Source of the DNA: an uncultured Bdellovibrio sp.
Lineage (GTDB): Bacteria; Bdellovibrionota; Bdellovibrionia; Bdellovibrionales; Bdellovibrionaceae
Direction of reading: 5' to 3'
Assembly (NCBI GenBank): GCA_963932905.1
Contig: CAWVRN010000023.1
Coordinates: 1-64,000 of the forward strand
DNA: 64,000 bases
Shown here: positions 10,163 through 19,045 of the stretch, piece after piece
Position numbering within the stretch: the stretch's first letter is position 1
Layout of the letters: each line of letters opens with the position of its first letter
Position numbers and translations under genes: made by a program
Notes under the pieces: generated by a model
Databases searched by the model: none
Told to the model about the DNA's origin: nothing
What the model saw: only the letters and a program-made list of their open reading frames with translations

Positions 10163-11073
10163 TATAGAATCAATCCTATGCTCAGCAAAACGCCGAACAC
10201 TAAATGTAGTCCCGCCGATTGGCCTAAGAACTGGTTGTACTGCGCACTGGGCGCCGTTTTTTTTATATTTTTCATGATCTTAATAGCAAGTGGCAAGGCA
10301 ATAAACGGCAAAACAGCAGCGACCCAGCGGCCTTGTGTTGCCCAGTAGATTTGTAAAACGAACGGAGCTAAACACAGAAAATAAATTTCTTTTTTAGCGC
10401 CTTCGATTCCTAATCTGACAGCTAGGGTGCGTTTGTTCACTTTCGCATCGCCATCGATATCGCGTAGATTATTAATTGCGATTAGGACAGTGGCGTGCAA
10501 ACCGATTTGTAAACCTAATAAGAATGAATTCATTGTCCACATTTTCGTGTGCAAGTAAAACAATCCCATCACGGCGGCTAACCCGAAAAATAAAATTACG
10601 AACAAATCACCTAGACCACGATACGCCAATGGATAGGGACCCGCCGTGTAGGCATAGCCCATCATCACAGAGAGAATTCCAATGATCACGATCGGCTGAC
10701 CACCTTCGTTCACTAAAGGCACACCAAACAAGATAGCCCCGATAAAAAACAAAGTCGCAAGTCCCAGAACTTGCATGCTAGTTAAAACGCCAGCTTGAGT
10801 AATACGCTGAGGACCGATCCGTTCCGCAGTATCGGCACCTTTTTTAAAATCCATGGCATCGTTTACTAAGTTCGTGCCGATTTGGATCAGGAAAGACGCA
10901 ATCAAGGCATACGCAAAGATCCACCACTGAAATTTTTGGTCAGCAGTAGAAGCCAATGCTGTTGCAGCCACGCAAGGCACTAACGAAGCCGTTAGTGTCT
11001 TTGGACGAAACGCCAAAACAACGCTTTGGAATTTGTTTTTAATAACTGGAGAGGACGTTGTTGCTGTTGTCAT
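10162..11073 (-). CDS. menA: 1,4-dihydroxy-2-naphthoate octaprenyltransferase
   Basis: [43 protein letters not shown]. Confidence 0.95.
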   Translation of the reverse strand: MTTATTSSPVIKNKFQSVVLAFRPKTLTASLVPCVAATALASTADQKFQWWIFAYALIASFLIQIGTNLVNDAMDFKKGADTAERIGPQRITQAGVLTSMQVLGLATLFFIGAILFGVPLVNEGGQPIVIIGILSVMMGYAYTAGPYPLAYRGLGDLFVILFFGLAAVMGLFYLHTKMWTMNSFLLGLQIGLHATVLIAINNLRDIDGDAKVNKRTLAVRLGIEGAKKEIYFLCLAPFVLQIYWATQGRWVAAVLPFIALPLAIKIMKNIKKTAPSAQYNQFLGQSAGLHLVFGVLLSIGLIL

Positions 11074-11960
11074 TACGGTAAACGTGGGAATTTAGAGAAA
11101 TCCGGTTTTTGTTTCTTCACGTAAGCATCGCGACCTTCTTGAGCCTCTTCGCTCATGTAGTAAAGAAGAGTCGCATTACCCGCTAGATCTAAAAGACCCA
11201 TTTGACCATCGCAGTCTGCGTTCAAGCATGCTTTCAAGCAGCGTAACGCCATCGGTGAATGCTCCAGCATTTCACGGCACCATTTTACAGTTTCCATTTC
11301 TAGATCTTCTAATTGAACTACGTGATTTACTAAGCCCATGTCTAAGGCTTGTTCCGCATTGTACTGACGGCATAGGTACCAAATCTCGCGCGCTTTCTTC
11401 TGACCAACGATACGAGCCAAGTAGCTTGAACCAAGGCCGCCATCGAATGATCCTACTTTTGGACCGGTTTGACCGAAGCGAGCATTGTCAGCTGCGATCG
11501 TTAAGTCACACACGATGTGAAGAACGTGTCCCCCACCGATAGCATAACCAGCCACCATCGCCACTACGGGTTTAGGTAGCTGACGAATTTGTTTTTGTAC
11601 GTCTAAGATATTTAAACGAGGAATACCATCTGATCCAACGTAGCCAGCATCACCGCGAACGCGTTGATCGCCGCCAGAGCAGAATGCCATCGGGCCCTCA
11701 CCACACAGAATGATTACGCCGATCGATGAGTCTTCGCGAACGATGTGGAAAGCTTCCTGAAGTTCTAGAACAGTTTGTGGGCGGAAAGCATTTCGGCTTT
11801 CTGGGCGATTGATCGTGATTTTACCGATACCATCGGCCGTTTTCTCTAAACGAATGTCGTTGTATTTTTTGATGGTTTGCCAATCAGCGGCTGGCTTGAT
11901 TTTGCGGCTTTCGTTTTTCATGTATTCTTCGCGGTTGAATTCGGTAGTGTTTGTAGTCAC
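11073..11960 (-). CDS. menB: 1,4-dihydroxy-2-naphthoyl-CoA synthase
   Basis: [31 protein letters not shown]; start placed at GTG 11960 after an AGGGG SD (track ORF extends to 12026). Confidence 0.95.
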   Translation of the reverse strand: MTTNTTEFNREEYMKNESRKIKPAADWQTIKKYNDIRLEKTADGIGKITINRPESRNAFRPQTVLELQEAFHIVREDSSIGVIILCGEGPMAFCSGGDQRVRGDAGYVGSDGIPRLNILDVQKQIRQLPKPVVAMVAGYAIGGGHVLHIVCDLTIAADNARFGQTGPKVGSFDGGLGSSYLARIVGQKKAREIWYLCRQYNAEQALDMGLVNHVVQLEDLEMETVKWCREMLEHSPMALRCLKACLNADCDGQMGLLDLAGNATLLYYMSEEAQEGRDAYVKKQKPDFSKFPRLP

Positions 11961-12055
11961 GTTAAACCCCTTTTCTGCTGTTTTTTTAGAGGTCCTGAAC
12001 CTACTCCGACTTGTCAGGGATTGCAATTATTCTTAAGCTTGGGCAGGATAGGTTT

Positions 12056-12574
12056 ATGCAGAAAAATGCTCATGAAATCCTGGTTTTCGCAACCGGGGGT
12101 ACAATAGAAAAGACTTATAATGAATTTGATGGATCGCTTGAAAACCGCGGCACCAGCATCAAGAACCGTATCTTATCGAAACTACGTCTGCCAGGCACGT
12201 TTATCGAAGTCAAACCACTGATGAGCAAAGATTCGCTCTATATGACGGATGACGATCGCAAAGTGATCTGCCAAAACATTCGCGAAAACGCAGGCGGGCA
12301 GAAACCCATTGTCGTCCTACACGGAACCGACACGATGACGGTAACGGCCGAGTACTGCCACAAAGAAATTCAAAAACCAAAAGTCCCCATCGTTTTCACC
12401 GGCGCCATGATCCCTATGGGCTTCGAAGATTCCGACGCCACTCAAAACGTAACCGAAGCCCTATACGCCACAAGGTTCCTGCAGCCCGGCTTCTACATCT
12501 CATTCCACAACCAAATCTTCGCCGTCCCCGGCGTCCGCAAAAACAAAGAAAAAAGCACCTTCGAAAAAACATAA
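12056..12574 (+). CDS. Short-chain (single-domain) L-asparaginase
   Basis: ATGGTIEK and LHGTDTM catalytic Thr motifs; only ~172 aa; ATG 12056. Confidence 0.85.
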   Translation: MQKNAHEILVFATGGTIEKTYNEFDGSLENRGTSIKNRILSKLRLPGTFIEVKPLMSKDSLYMTDDDRKVICQNIRENAGGQKPIVVLHGTDTMTVTAEYCHKEIQKPKVPIVFTGAMIPMGFEDSDATQNVTEALYATRFLQPGFYISFHNQIFAVPGVRKNKEKSTFEKT

Positions 12575-12645
12575 AAGGTACCTCCTAACATTCTGGTACC
12601 CGCAGCGTCTAATGCGCCGGGTACCAGAATGTTAGGAGGTACCTT
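12575..12645. repeat. Perfect 28-bp inverted repeat (REP-like palindrome)
   Basis: aaggtacctcctaacattctggtacccg (12575-12602) / 15-nt loop / cgggtaccagaatgttaggaggtacctt (12618-12645). Confidence 0.9.
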
Positions 12646-12672
12646 CAAATAAAAGTAGCCTGGCACCAATAA

Positions 12673-12696
12673 AAAAGGCTCCGTGTGGAGCCTTTT
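12673..12696. terminator. Bidirectional intrinsic terminator between the asparaginase gene and fliW
   Basis: aaaaggctcc-gtgt-ggagcctttt with A-run before and T-run after; convergent genes. Confidence 0.8.
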
Positions 12697-12722
12697 CGTT
12701 TTTTTAATTTGTAATTAAATTT

Positions 12723-13250
12723 TTATAGAGATTTGTCGGCTTCTTTTTTGATCTTAACGATGACATCGGATTCTTGGATTTGATCTTTGATGGTCATAGT
12801 TGGATTTTGAACGACACGTTGTTGTAGTTTTGTGAAGATCGGCTCTCTGATCGCTAGTGAATTGTCTTGTAGAACGCACTGGCGGCAGATTTTTTTATCT
12901 AGGTTGATAATGATCGGAGCCTTCATGTTTGCCGACATTTGTGTTGGATCATCTGGGATAGTGATAATGCACAAGTATTTTGTTTTTTCAGTCGGTTGAA
13001 GACGTAAGTTTTCGGCGTCTGTTTTTGTTAGGTTTACTTTGTATGTGTGAGCAAATAATTCTGGCTCTAATACAGGGAACGCAATTTCTGGAGTTTCGCA
13101 GCTTTGAAGCCAGATGAAGATTTCGTCGGCAGGATCATCTACCAAAACGAATTGACGTAAATCCGAAAATCCCAACAACCCCTCTGGAAAATTCAAAATG
13201 TCGTCGGCTTCAAACATCACCGGACCAAATCTTGAAGTTTGAATTACCAT
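12723..13250 (-). CDS. fliW: Flagellar assembly factor FliW (CsrA antagonist)
   Basis: TSRFG, FPEGLLGF, WLQS, ANMKAPIIIN; downstream of csrA. Confidence 0.95.
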   Translation of the reverse strand: MVIQTSRFGPVMFEADDILNFPEGLLGFSDLRQFVLVDDPADEIFIWLQSCETPEIAFPVLEPELFAHTYKVNLTKTDAENLRLQPTEKTKYLCIITIPDDPTQMSANMKAPIIINLDKKICRQCVLQDNSLAIREPIFTKLQQRVVQNPTMTIKDQIQESDVIVKIKKEADKSL

Positions 13251-13602
13251 GTTAATCCCCCCACGTTAGTTCACTTAGTGCCATGAACACCTCACGACTT
13301 AAACTAAATCAACTTACTCCAATTTTAACCTTTTACGGGCTAAATACCTAAAAATTAGATACATAAGCCTAGCGCAAAGGTTAGCCCACACTTAAAATCT
13401 GGACTTAAATAGAGGTAAACTCAAGAGAATTGACGAAAGCGTTCTGCGTCGCTCCAATAGGTTGCTTGGGGAGTTTTATACCCCGAGAGTTGATAAATCC
13501 CGCAATAAGGTTTTATTTTCTAATTGTTAAAGGGCATTTAAGGACAAAATAGGACTGAAAACGGGCTGTAGATTAGGGCCTCGCATTTGGCGAAGCCGAA
13601 AA

Positions 13603-13839
13603 TTATTTTGAAGTCGGCTTAAGTAAACTAGCGACTGATTTAGATTTGTCAGATGAAACTTGAGATGACTCTTTGTTTTGATCTTGGATGGCTAAGTAAA
13701 CTTCTTCGCGATGAATTTTTGTATCTTTAGGAGCTTCAATGCCTAAGCGGACTTGTTTGCCTTTGATTTGAACGACGCGAATCTTGATATGATCATCGAT
13801 CGCAATGCTTTCACCCAACTTCCGTGTGAGAACGAGCAT
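13603..13839 (-). CDS. csrA: Carbon storage regulator CsrA
   Basis: [12 protein letters not shown]...[19 protein letters not shown]. Confidence 0.97.
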   Translation of the reverse strand: MLVLTRKLGESIAIDDHIKIRVVQIKGKQVRLGIEAPKDTKIHREEVYLAIQDQNKESSQVSSDKSKSVASLLKPTSK

Positions 13840-13879
13840 ATATACTCCTTATAAATGCTAACTAACCTTATGTGTCTTC

Positions 13880-13906
13880 GTATCGGTTGTGTTAACGAGA
13901 ACTGTA
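13880..13906 (-). promoter_or_regulatory. Putative sigma28 (FliA) promoter of csrA-fliW
   Basis: Minus strand TACA-N15-ACCGATAC versus consensus TAAA-N15-GCCGATAA, 40 nt upstream of csrA. Confidence 0.55.
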
Positions 13907-13938
13907 GGTATTATTTCTCCGTCCCAAAGTCAAGTGGG

Positions 13939-14084
13939 GGGCACACGCTTTTGGTCTGACTGTTCGTTCGGGGGCGCCTAGCCTCCGCGTCGCCTCTCCC
14001 TGCGACGTGGCTCTGCCACGCCTCAGTCGGGCTCCTTGACTGGCCGTCCGCGTGGGCCTCGATTCAGACCAAAATCGTGAGCCC
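13939..14084. repeat. Structured GC-rich dispersed element, copy 1
   Basis: Outer stem 13939-13959/14064-14084 (19/21 paired); the 50-nt core 13987-14036 is 47/50 identical to 18866-18915. Confidence 0.85.
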
Positions 14085-14203
14085 GGGTGTGGGGAGTTCC
14101 TTTTTGGAACTCTTTCTGTAATTGTCTTAACTTGCTTAAAACCTGCACTGCGTGAGGTTTTTGCGCCAATTAAGGAAAATTGTTAGAGATTTTTTAGGCT
14201 CTT

Positions 14204-14488
14204 TTATAATTTTCTTTTGTAATACTGCTTCGCTAGAATTTCTGTCGCTAGGAAGCTCATCGATAAAATGAAGAGCATGTAAAGTGCGTTTGTTTCTGGG
14301 TAAAAAATATAAACTGTGGATATTAACACTAATGCGGTTGCTGTTAGTTTGCTGACTAGGGCTTGGGTTTTTAGTTCTATTAGGTGGTAGCGTTCGTCTT
14401 TGATTTCGTTTCTTGTTAATAATTCTATGACTACGTAAATGGCTGTACAGGATATGATTGTGATTTGCATCCAGTTTAGGGTGATCAT
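14204..14488 (-). CDS. Small membrane protein (DUF2178-like partner of XRE regulators)
   Basis: ATGA overlap with the XRE stop gives a start at 14488 (MITLNW...); 3 TM helices with the DER motif typical of membrane proteins cotranscribed with short XRE HTHs. Confidence 0.65.
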   Translation of the reverse strand: MITLNWMQITIISCTAIYVVIELLTRNEIKDERYHLIELKTQALVSKLTATALVLISTVYIFYPETNALYMLFILSMSFLATEILAKQYYKRKL

Positions 14489-14730
14489 GGTTTTGATTCC
14501 TCTTCTAGTGAGAAAATATCTTCTACTTTTACCTTTAAGGCGTTTGCCAGTTTTAATGCTAGTTCTACTGATGGGACGAATTTTGAGGTTTCTATCGAAA
14601 TTATTGTTTGTCTTGAGCATCCAACTAGGTCGGCTAACTGTTGTTGGGTTAGGTCGCCTTGCATGGCGCGATAGCCCTTAACCTTGTTTTTTAACTCAGC
14701 TTTTTTCAATTCAGCCACGCTCAGATCCAA
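14485..14730 (-). CDS. XRE-family helix-turn-helix transcriptional regulator
   Basis: LKNKVKGYR...LTQQQLADLVGCSRQTIISIE...PSVELALKLA...VEDIF. Confidence 0.92.
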   Translation of the reverse strand: MDLSVAELKKAELKNKVKGYRAMQGDLTQQQLADLVGCSRQTIISIETSKFVPSVELALKLANALKVKVEDIFSLEEESKP

Positions 14731-14733
14731 TAT

Positions 14734-14795
14734 AAGTAAAATATACTTTACTTTATGTAAAGTATAGCGTACATTAAGTACAGTATGCAGTACTT
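14734..14795. promoter_or_regulatory. Three tandem 20-bp palindromic operator-like sites (21-bp period)
   Basis: aagtaaaatatactttactt (14734), atgtaaagtatagcgtacat (14755), aagtacagtatgcagtactt (14776), between the divergent XRE and signal peptidase genes. Confidence 0.7.
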
Positions 14796-14825
14796 ATATA
14801 TAACTGCTTTTACCTAAGGAGCAAC

Positions 14826-15380
14826 ATGAAATTTATCAAATATAATCCCGCCGAGCTTAAAAAACTGTCGATGTATGTGTTTATCGCCTTCACCATCCGT
14901 TGGGGTGTGGCTGAGGCTTATCGCATACCTACCGAAAGTATGAACCCAACGCTAAAACCAGGAGATCAGATTTTCGTTAATAAGGCTCAGTATGGTGTTC
15001 GTCTGCCGTTCACTATGACTTGGTTGTTTCATACAGGTGAAGTGAATCGTGGCGATGTGGTGGTGTTTAGGTACCCTAAAGATGAATCTACTTATTATGT
15101 GAAGCGAGTGATTGGGCTGCCAGGCGAGCAAGTTTACGTCGATGTGACGGGAACAGTGTTTGTAAATGGTGTCGCGCAGATTGAGGACTACACCGCAAAA
15201 AAAATAGGGAGCGCGATTTCAACGATGGCTCCCTATGGTCCCGTCACTGTGCCGGCGGATCAGTTGTTCGTGTTAGGGGATAACCGTGACAACTCGGCCG
15301 ACAGCCGCGTTTGGGGTTTCTTACCCAAAACCCACCTGATGGGCAAAGTCGCCTTCAAGTGGTTTAGCTGGGTGGATTAA
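14826..15380 (+). CDS. lepB: Signal peptidase I (S26), short single-TM type
   Basis: IPTESMNPTL (Ser), YVKRVIGLPG (Lys), GDNRDNSADSR. Confidence 0.93.
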   Translation: MKFIKYNPAELKKLSMYVFIAFTIRWGVAEAYRIPTESMNPTLKPGDQIFVNKAQYGVRLPFTMTWLFHTGEVNRGDVVVFRYPKDESTYYVKRVIGLPGEQVYVDVTGTVFVNGVAQIEDYTAKKIGSAISTMAPYGPVTVPADQLFVLGDNRDNSADSRVWGFLPKTHLMGKVAFKWFSWVD

Positions 15381-15383
15381 CAA

Positions 15384-16106
15384 CTAAGGATTAATTTGTT
15401 TTAGTTTGTCTTGGCATTGAAAAGCGAAAGTAAATGTTTCAAGTACTTTACCACGGATGCTCTTAAGAACATTGTCTGCACAGAACAATTTGCCCTTGAT
15501 AGTTTTAAGAGTATCATCGCACTGGTATGAGAACGTAAACGTATGAATTGTTTCGCCGTAGACATTTTTCAATTTTCCACCAGCACAGAATAGTTGGCCT
15601 TTGATATTTTTCAGAGCGTCGTCACATTGGAAAGCGAAAGTAAATGTTTCAACTTCTTTGCCGTTCACGTTTTTCAAAACGTTGTTAGCGCAGAAAAGAC
15701 GGCCAGTGATTTTTTGTACTGATTCTTCACACTGATAAGCGAATGTGAACTGGTGAACGTCTCTGCCATTTACGTTTTTAAGAACGTTATTTGCACAGAA
15801 CAAAGGACCTTTGATTTTTTTAAGTGAATCTTCGCATTGGTAAGCGAATGTGAATGTGCTAATAACTTTACCGCGCAAGTTTTTTAATTCATTATTAGCG
15901 CAGAATAGTGGACCAGTGATCTTTCTAAGTGTGTCTTCACATTGGTAAGAAAAGGTGAATTGGTGAAGCGTATCACCATTTGAATTCTTCAAAACACTGT
16001 TAGCGCAAAATAGATTTGGGCGGCGAGGTGAAAAATCATCTTCCTCATCCCAAACTTGTGCGAATGAAAAACTAGCTAATAAAACGATCGATAAAATTAA
16101 TTTCAT
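15384..16106 (-). CDS. Secreted protein of six ~35-aa Cys-containing tandem repeats
   Basis: Signal peptide ending SFA, then 6x LFCAxxxLKNxxGxxxxxFTFxYQCxxxLxxIxG. Confidence 0.85.
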   Translation of the reverse strand: MKLILSIVLLASFSFAQVWDEEDDFSPRRPNLFCANSVLKNSNGDTLHQFTFSYQCEDTLRKITGPLFCANNELKNLRGKVISTFTFAYQCEDSLKKIKGPLFCANNVLKNVNGRDVHQFTFAYQCEESVQKITGRLFCANNVLKNVNGKEVETFTFAFQCDDALKNIKGQLFCAGGKLKNVYGETIHTFTFSYQCDDTLKTIKGKLFCADNVLKSIRGKVLETFTFAFQCQDKLKQINP

Positions 16107-16297
16107 GAATTCTCCTTCAGATTGTTATGCAATACCACAGCGGTTCTAGTAAGAAGAAGGCCGAAAGTAAATTGAAAAAAACTCACAGTCTGAAAGAAGT
16201 ATGCGATCGGTAAGTGAAGATGCGTAAGCTTCAGTGAAAATGCAGAAATTTAAAAACTGGTTTGAAAAAAGTAATCAGCTAACGATGTAAAGAAATT

Positions 16298-17380
16298 TTA
16301 TTTCAAGAAATCCAGCAAGCTTGGCTGAATCATTTTACCTGACGTATCTAAAGTCGCCTTTAAGGCCGCGTCAGTCTTATTGATATCGGAAACTAGCTTA
16401 AACACGTCAGCGTCTTCTAATTGGGACGCCACGATTTTATTATCCACAATCGCCTTTTGGAGGGAATCTTGGGAACCGTTGACGGCCATGATTCTTGAGC
16501 CCACTTCTGAGCGTCCCAATACCACTTGCGATAAGGATTGATCTAACATGTCCATGGCATTTTGAATGCCTTCTTTATCATTTGTTTTTAATGAAATTTC
16601 TAAACCTTTGATGACTTGGAAAATGTTAACACCTGCGTCGCCATTGGTAGGATCTTTTTCACCAATATGGTTAGGGGAACCAGCGTTGGCAGGACCACGC
16701 AGTTGTATTTTGCTTTCCTGATCTTCTTCCATCATTTGTTTGGATTCTTGTTCGCGTACTTTGATGCCTTCAAGATCATCAATAGATTGAGGCGTAATCT
16801 GCCCCGGACGGACCATGCCATCGACTTCAAAGCCTTTACCCATAAATACTTTGCTGCCGGGTAAATTCACCGCCAGGAATTGGTCTTTTTGTGTTTGTAC
16901 TTTTAAGTCGCCATCATCACCAGCGTATTCGCCAGCGATATTAAATGGCATTGTCTGAGTTTTAAATCCCGAAAAGATATAACGTTCGCCCAGTTTACGG
17001 TTACCAATTTGTACCGCTTGATTGTAAATCTGTTCGATTTCTTTTGCTGTCATCGCACGCGATTGCGGATTTGCCGAAGCATCATTGGATTGACTGATCG
17101 CCAGTTCTTTAGCACGAACTAAAAGTTCAGATAATTCACCCAAAGACTGATCCGAGAATTCTAAAAACGATTTTGCTTGATTGATGTTCTTGACGAACTG
17201 AGCATTTGTTTTTTCTTCGGTACGGCTAGCTAATACGCGCGTCGTTGCCAAAGGATCATCAGAGGGTTTGTTAATACGACGTTGAGTAGCCGCTTGATTC
17301 TGCAAATCAGCCATATCAGTACGATTCTTACTGATATTTTTTTGAACTTGGTTGTATTGCATTTTATCCGCGATTCTCAC
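16298..17380 (-). CDS. flgL: Flagellar hook-associated protein 3
   Basis: RINKPSDDP, RYIFSGFKT, C-terminal SLLDFLK; follows flgK. Confidence 0.95.
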   Translation of the reverse strand: MRIADKMQYNQVQKNISKNRTDMADLQNQAATQRRINKPSDDPLATTRVLASRTEEKTNAQFVKNINQAKSFLEFSDQSLGELSELLVRAKELAISQSNDASANPQSRAMTAKEIEQIYNQAVQIGNRKLGERYIFSGFKTQTMPFNIAGEYAGDDGDLKVQTQKDQFLAVNLPGSKVFMGKGFEVDGMVRPGQITPQSIDDLEGIKVREQESKQMMEEDQESKIQLRGPANAGSPNHIGEKDPTNGDAGVNIFQVIKGLEISLKTNDKEGIQNAMDMLDQSLSQVVLGRSEVGSRIMAVNGSQDSLQKAIVDNKIVASQLEDADVFKLVSDINKTDAALKATLDTSGKMIQPSLLDFLK

Positions 17381-17396
17381 GTCAATAATCCTTTAA

Positions 17397-18809
17397 TTAC
17401 AGTCGTTTCAAGTTTAATACAGTATCGAACATTTCATCCGCTGTTCTAATCAAGCGGGCAGATGCATCATATGCTTTCTGCATCTCGATCATCTTTGTTG
17501 CCTCTTCATCTAAACTGACACCGCTGATACTTTCGCGAATGTTTGTTAGTTGATCTAAAATATTTTTTTGTGATTCAAATGTTTTCACTGCACGCTGCGA
17601 AATTGTACCAATCTGACCAACTTGCGAAATGTAGTAGTCATCCATTGTCGAATTACCTTCATCCATTACCTTTTGGTATTGAAGGGATCCGATGATGTTA
17701 GCGATCGTATTATCCCCTGGACTGTCGGGGCGGGCAGCGACAGAAACTTTACCGGCGTCTAATTGAACCCCTTCGCTGATGGCTAACGTTTCCGAAGCAC
17801 CTTTGATGTCTTTAGGGAGATCAAAGAACGAGTTATTTGTTTTGCCATAGCGATCGTAACCCGCTTCATGGGCAGTGTTAACTTCGTCTGCTAAACGGTA
17901 AGCCAAGTTATCAATAGTATCTAAATGTTTTTCAATAATATCATCGCGAACTTCTAAAGCACCGCCGATTTTGCCGCCGCGAAATTGGTTGGTCACATTA
18001 AAAAGGCTACCTTTATCAGTTGAGCGATAGAAAAGTTCAACACGGTCACGTTCGTCGGTGTGCGCGGCTTTTAGTTCATTCGCGCTAGTACCTGAAACGA
18101 GAATGGCGGTATTACCTGCAGTGATGGTCAGCATCCCGTTGTTGCCTTCACCCCAAGTAATATCGACTTTCTCGCCTAGTTTTTTTACCAATAGGTCTCG
18201 ACGATCGCGTTCGTCGTTGGCTGGTACGTTTTGAATTTCGACTAATTGAATTTTTTCATTCAATGAAGCAATCTCTTTAGAAATCTGATTAATTTCTTCG
18301 GTCGTTGTTTTGATTTGGCCATCTAAGTCTGTTTGAACATCTTTCAATTGCTTGTTCATGTTCTTAAATGTTCCCACTAATGTATTCGCTGTTTCGCGAA
18401 CCATCGTACGTGATGCTAAACTTTCCGGAGTGTTAGATAATTCGCGGAACGAATTGAAGAATTCATTTAACTGGTGATTTAAACCTTTCGTTCCTTGTTC
18501 ATTGTACACTTGTTCCACACGTCCCAAAGCATCAGCCTTAGTCTCCGCTTGGCCCAAATTCATTTGCTCGCGTTGGATTTGCTTTTCTAACCATGGATTG
18601 TTAACACGAGAAACCTGGCTGGCTCTAGCACCCATACCAATACGTAAGTTTCCAGAGCCAATCGGTTCGTTCGTCACTAGATCGACACGTTGACGAGAAT
18701 ACCCTTCTGTACTTTTATTGGCGATATTGTGCGATACAGTCTGTAAGGCTGTTTGGGCGTTCGATAGAGATCTTTTTCCCACGTCCATCATGGACGAAAT
18801 CTTAGACAT
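17397..18809 (-). CDS. flgK: Flagellar hook-associated protein 1
   Basis: SHNIANKSTEGYSRQRV, SISGVSLDEE, QKAYDASAR. Confidence 0.96.
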   Translation of the reverse strand: MSKISSMMDVGKRSLSNAQTALQTVSHNIANKSTEGYSRQRVDLVTNEPIGSGNLRIGMGARASQVSRVNNPWLEKQIQREQMNLGQAETKADALGRVEQVYNEQGTKGLNHQLNEFFNSFRELSNTPESLASRTMVRETANTLVGTFKNMNKQLKDVQTDLDGQIKTTTEEINQISKEIASLNEKIQLVEIQNVPANDERDRRDLLVKKLGEKVDITWGEGNNGMLTITAGNTAILVSGTSANELKAAHTDERDRVELFYRSTDKGSLFNVTNQFRGGKIGGALEVRDDIIEKHLDTIDNLAYRLADEVNTAHEAGYDRYGKTNNSFFDLPKDIKGASETLAISEGVQLDAGKVSVAARPDSPGDNTIANIIGSLQYQKVMDEGNSTMDDYYISQVGQIGTISQRAVKTFESQKNILDQLTNIRESISGVSLDEEATKMIEMQKAYDASARLIRTADEMFDTVLNLKRL

Positions 18810-18831
18810 CCTGTCCCTTTCTTCGAGAGTC

Positions 18832-18948
18832 GCGCGGTTTAAAGCGCCAAACTCTTCGTTCTCCTGCGTCGCCTCTCCCTGCGACGTGGCCGAGCCACGC
18901 CTCAGTCGGGCTCCTAGTCGGCCTCGATTTTGTCCCTTTAAACCGCGC
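18832..18948. repeat. Structured GC-rich dispersed element, copy 2
   Basis: Outer stem gcgcggtttaaag (18832-18844)/ctttaaaccgcgc (18936-18948), extendable to 20 bp with 2 mismatches; core 18866-18915. Confidence 0.85.
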
Positions 18949-19045
18949 TCAATTTTGTTAGACGCGCTTGGGATCGAGGGTTTTTGGCTCGTTCATTCTG
19001 AACTTCGCCTTTTGTTAGATCTATTTGATCTAACGTTTTGAAGCT

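Noticed and set aside
13411..13460. ggtaaactcaagagaattgacgaaagc resembles the start of a c-di-GMP-I riboswitch
   Set aside because: Lacks the GNRA loop, the full GACGCAAAGC and the downstream stem, and is antisense to csrA-fliW
13251..13602. Long csrA-fliW spacer as a CsrB/RsmZ-like sRNA
   Set aside because: Only a few scattered GGA motifs and no repeated hairpin array
14489..14620. N-terminal extension of the 14204..14620 track ORF
   Set aside because: Overlaps the XRE gene in another frame; ATGA coupling supports a start at 14488
15384..16106. 105-bp periodic DNA repeats as a CRISPR array
   Set aside because: The repeats are in-frame protein repeats with synonymous variation; no unique spacers or cas genes
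18718..19041. 107-aa + strand ORF over the flgK-flgN spacer
   Set aside because: Arises from the GC-rich element and flgK antisense; no protein-like features
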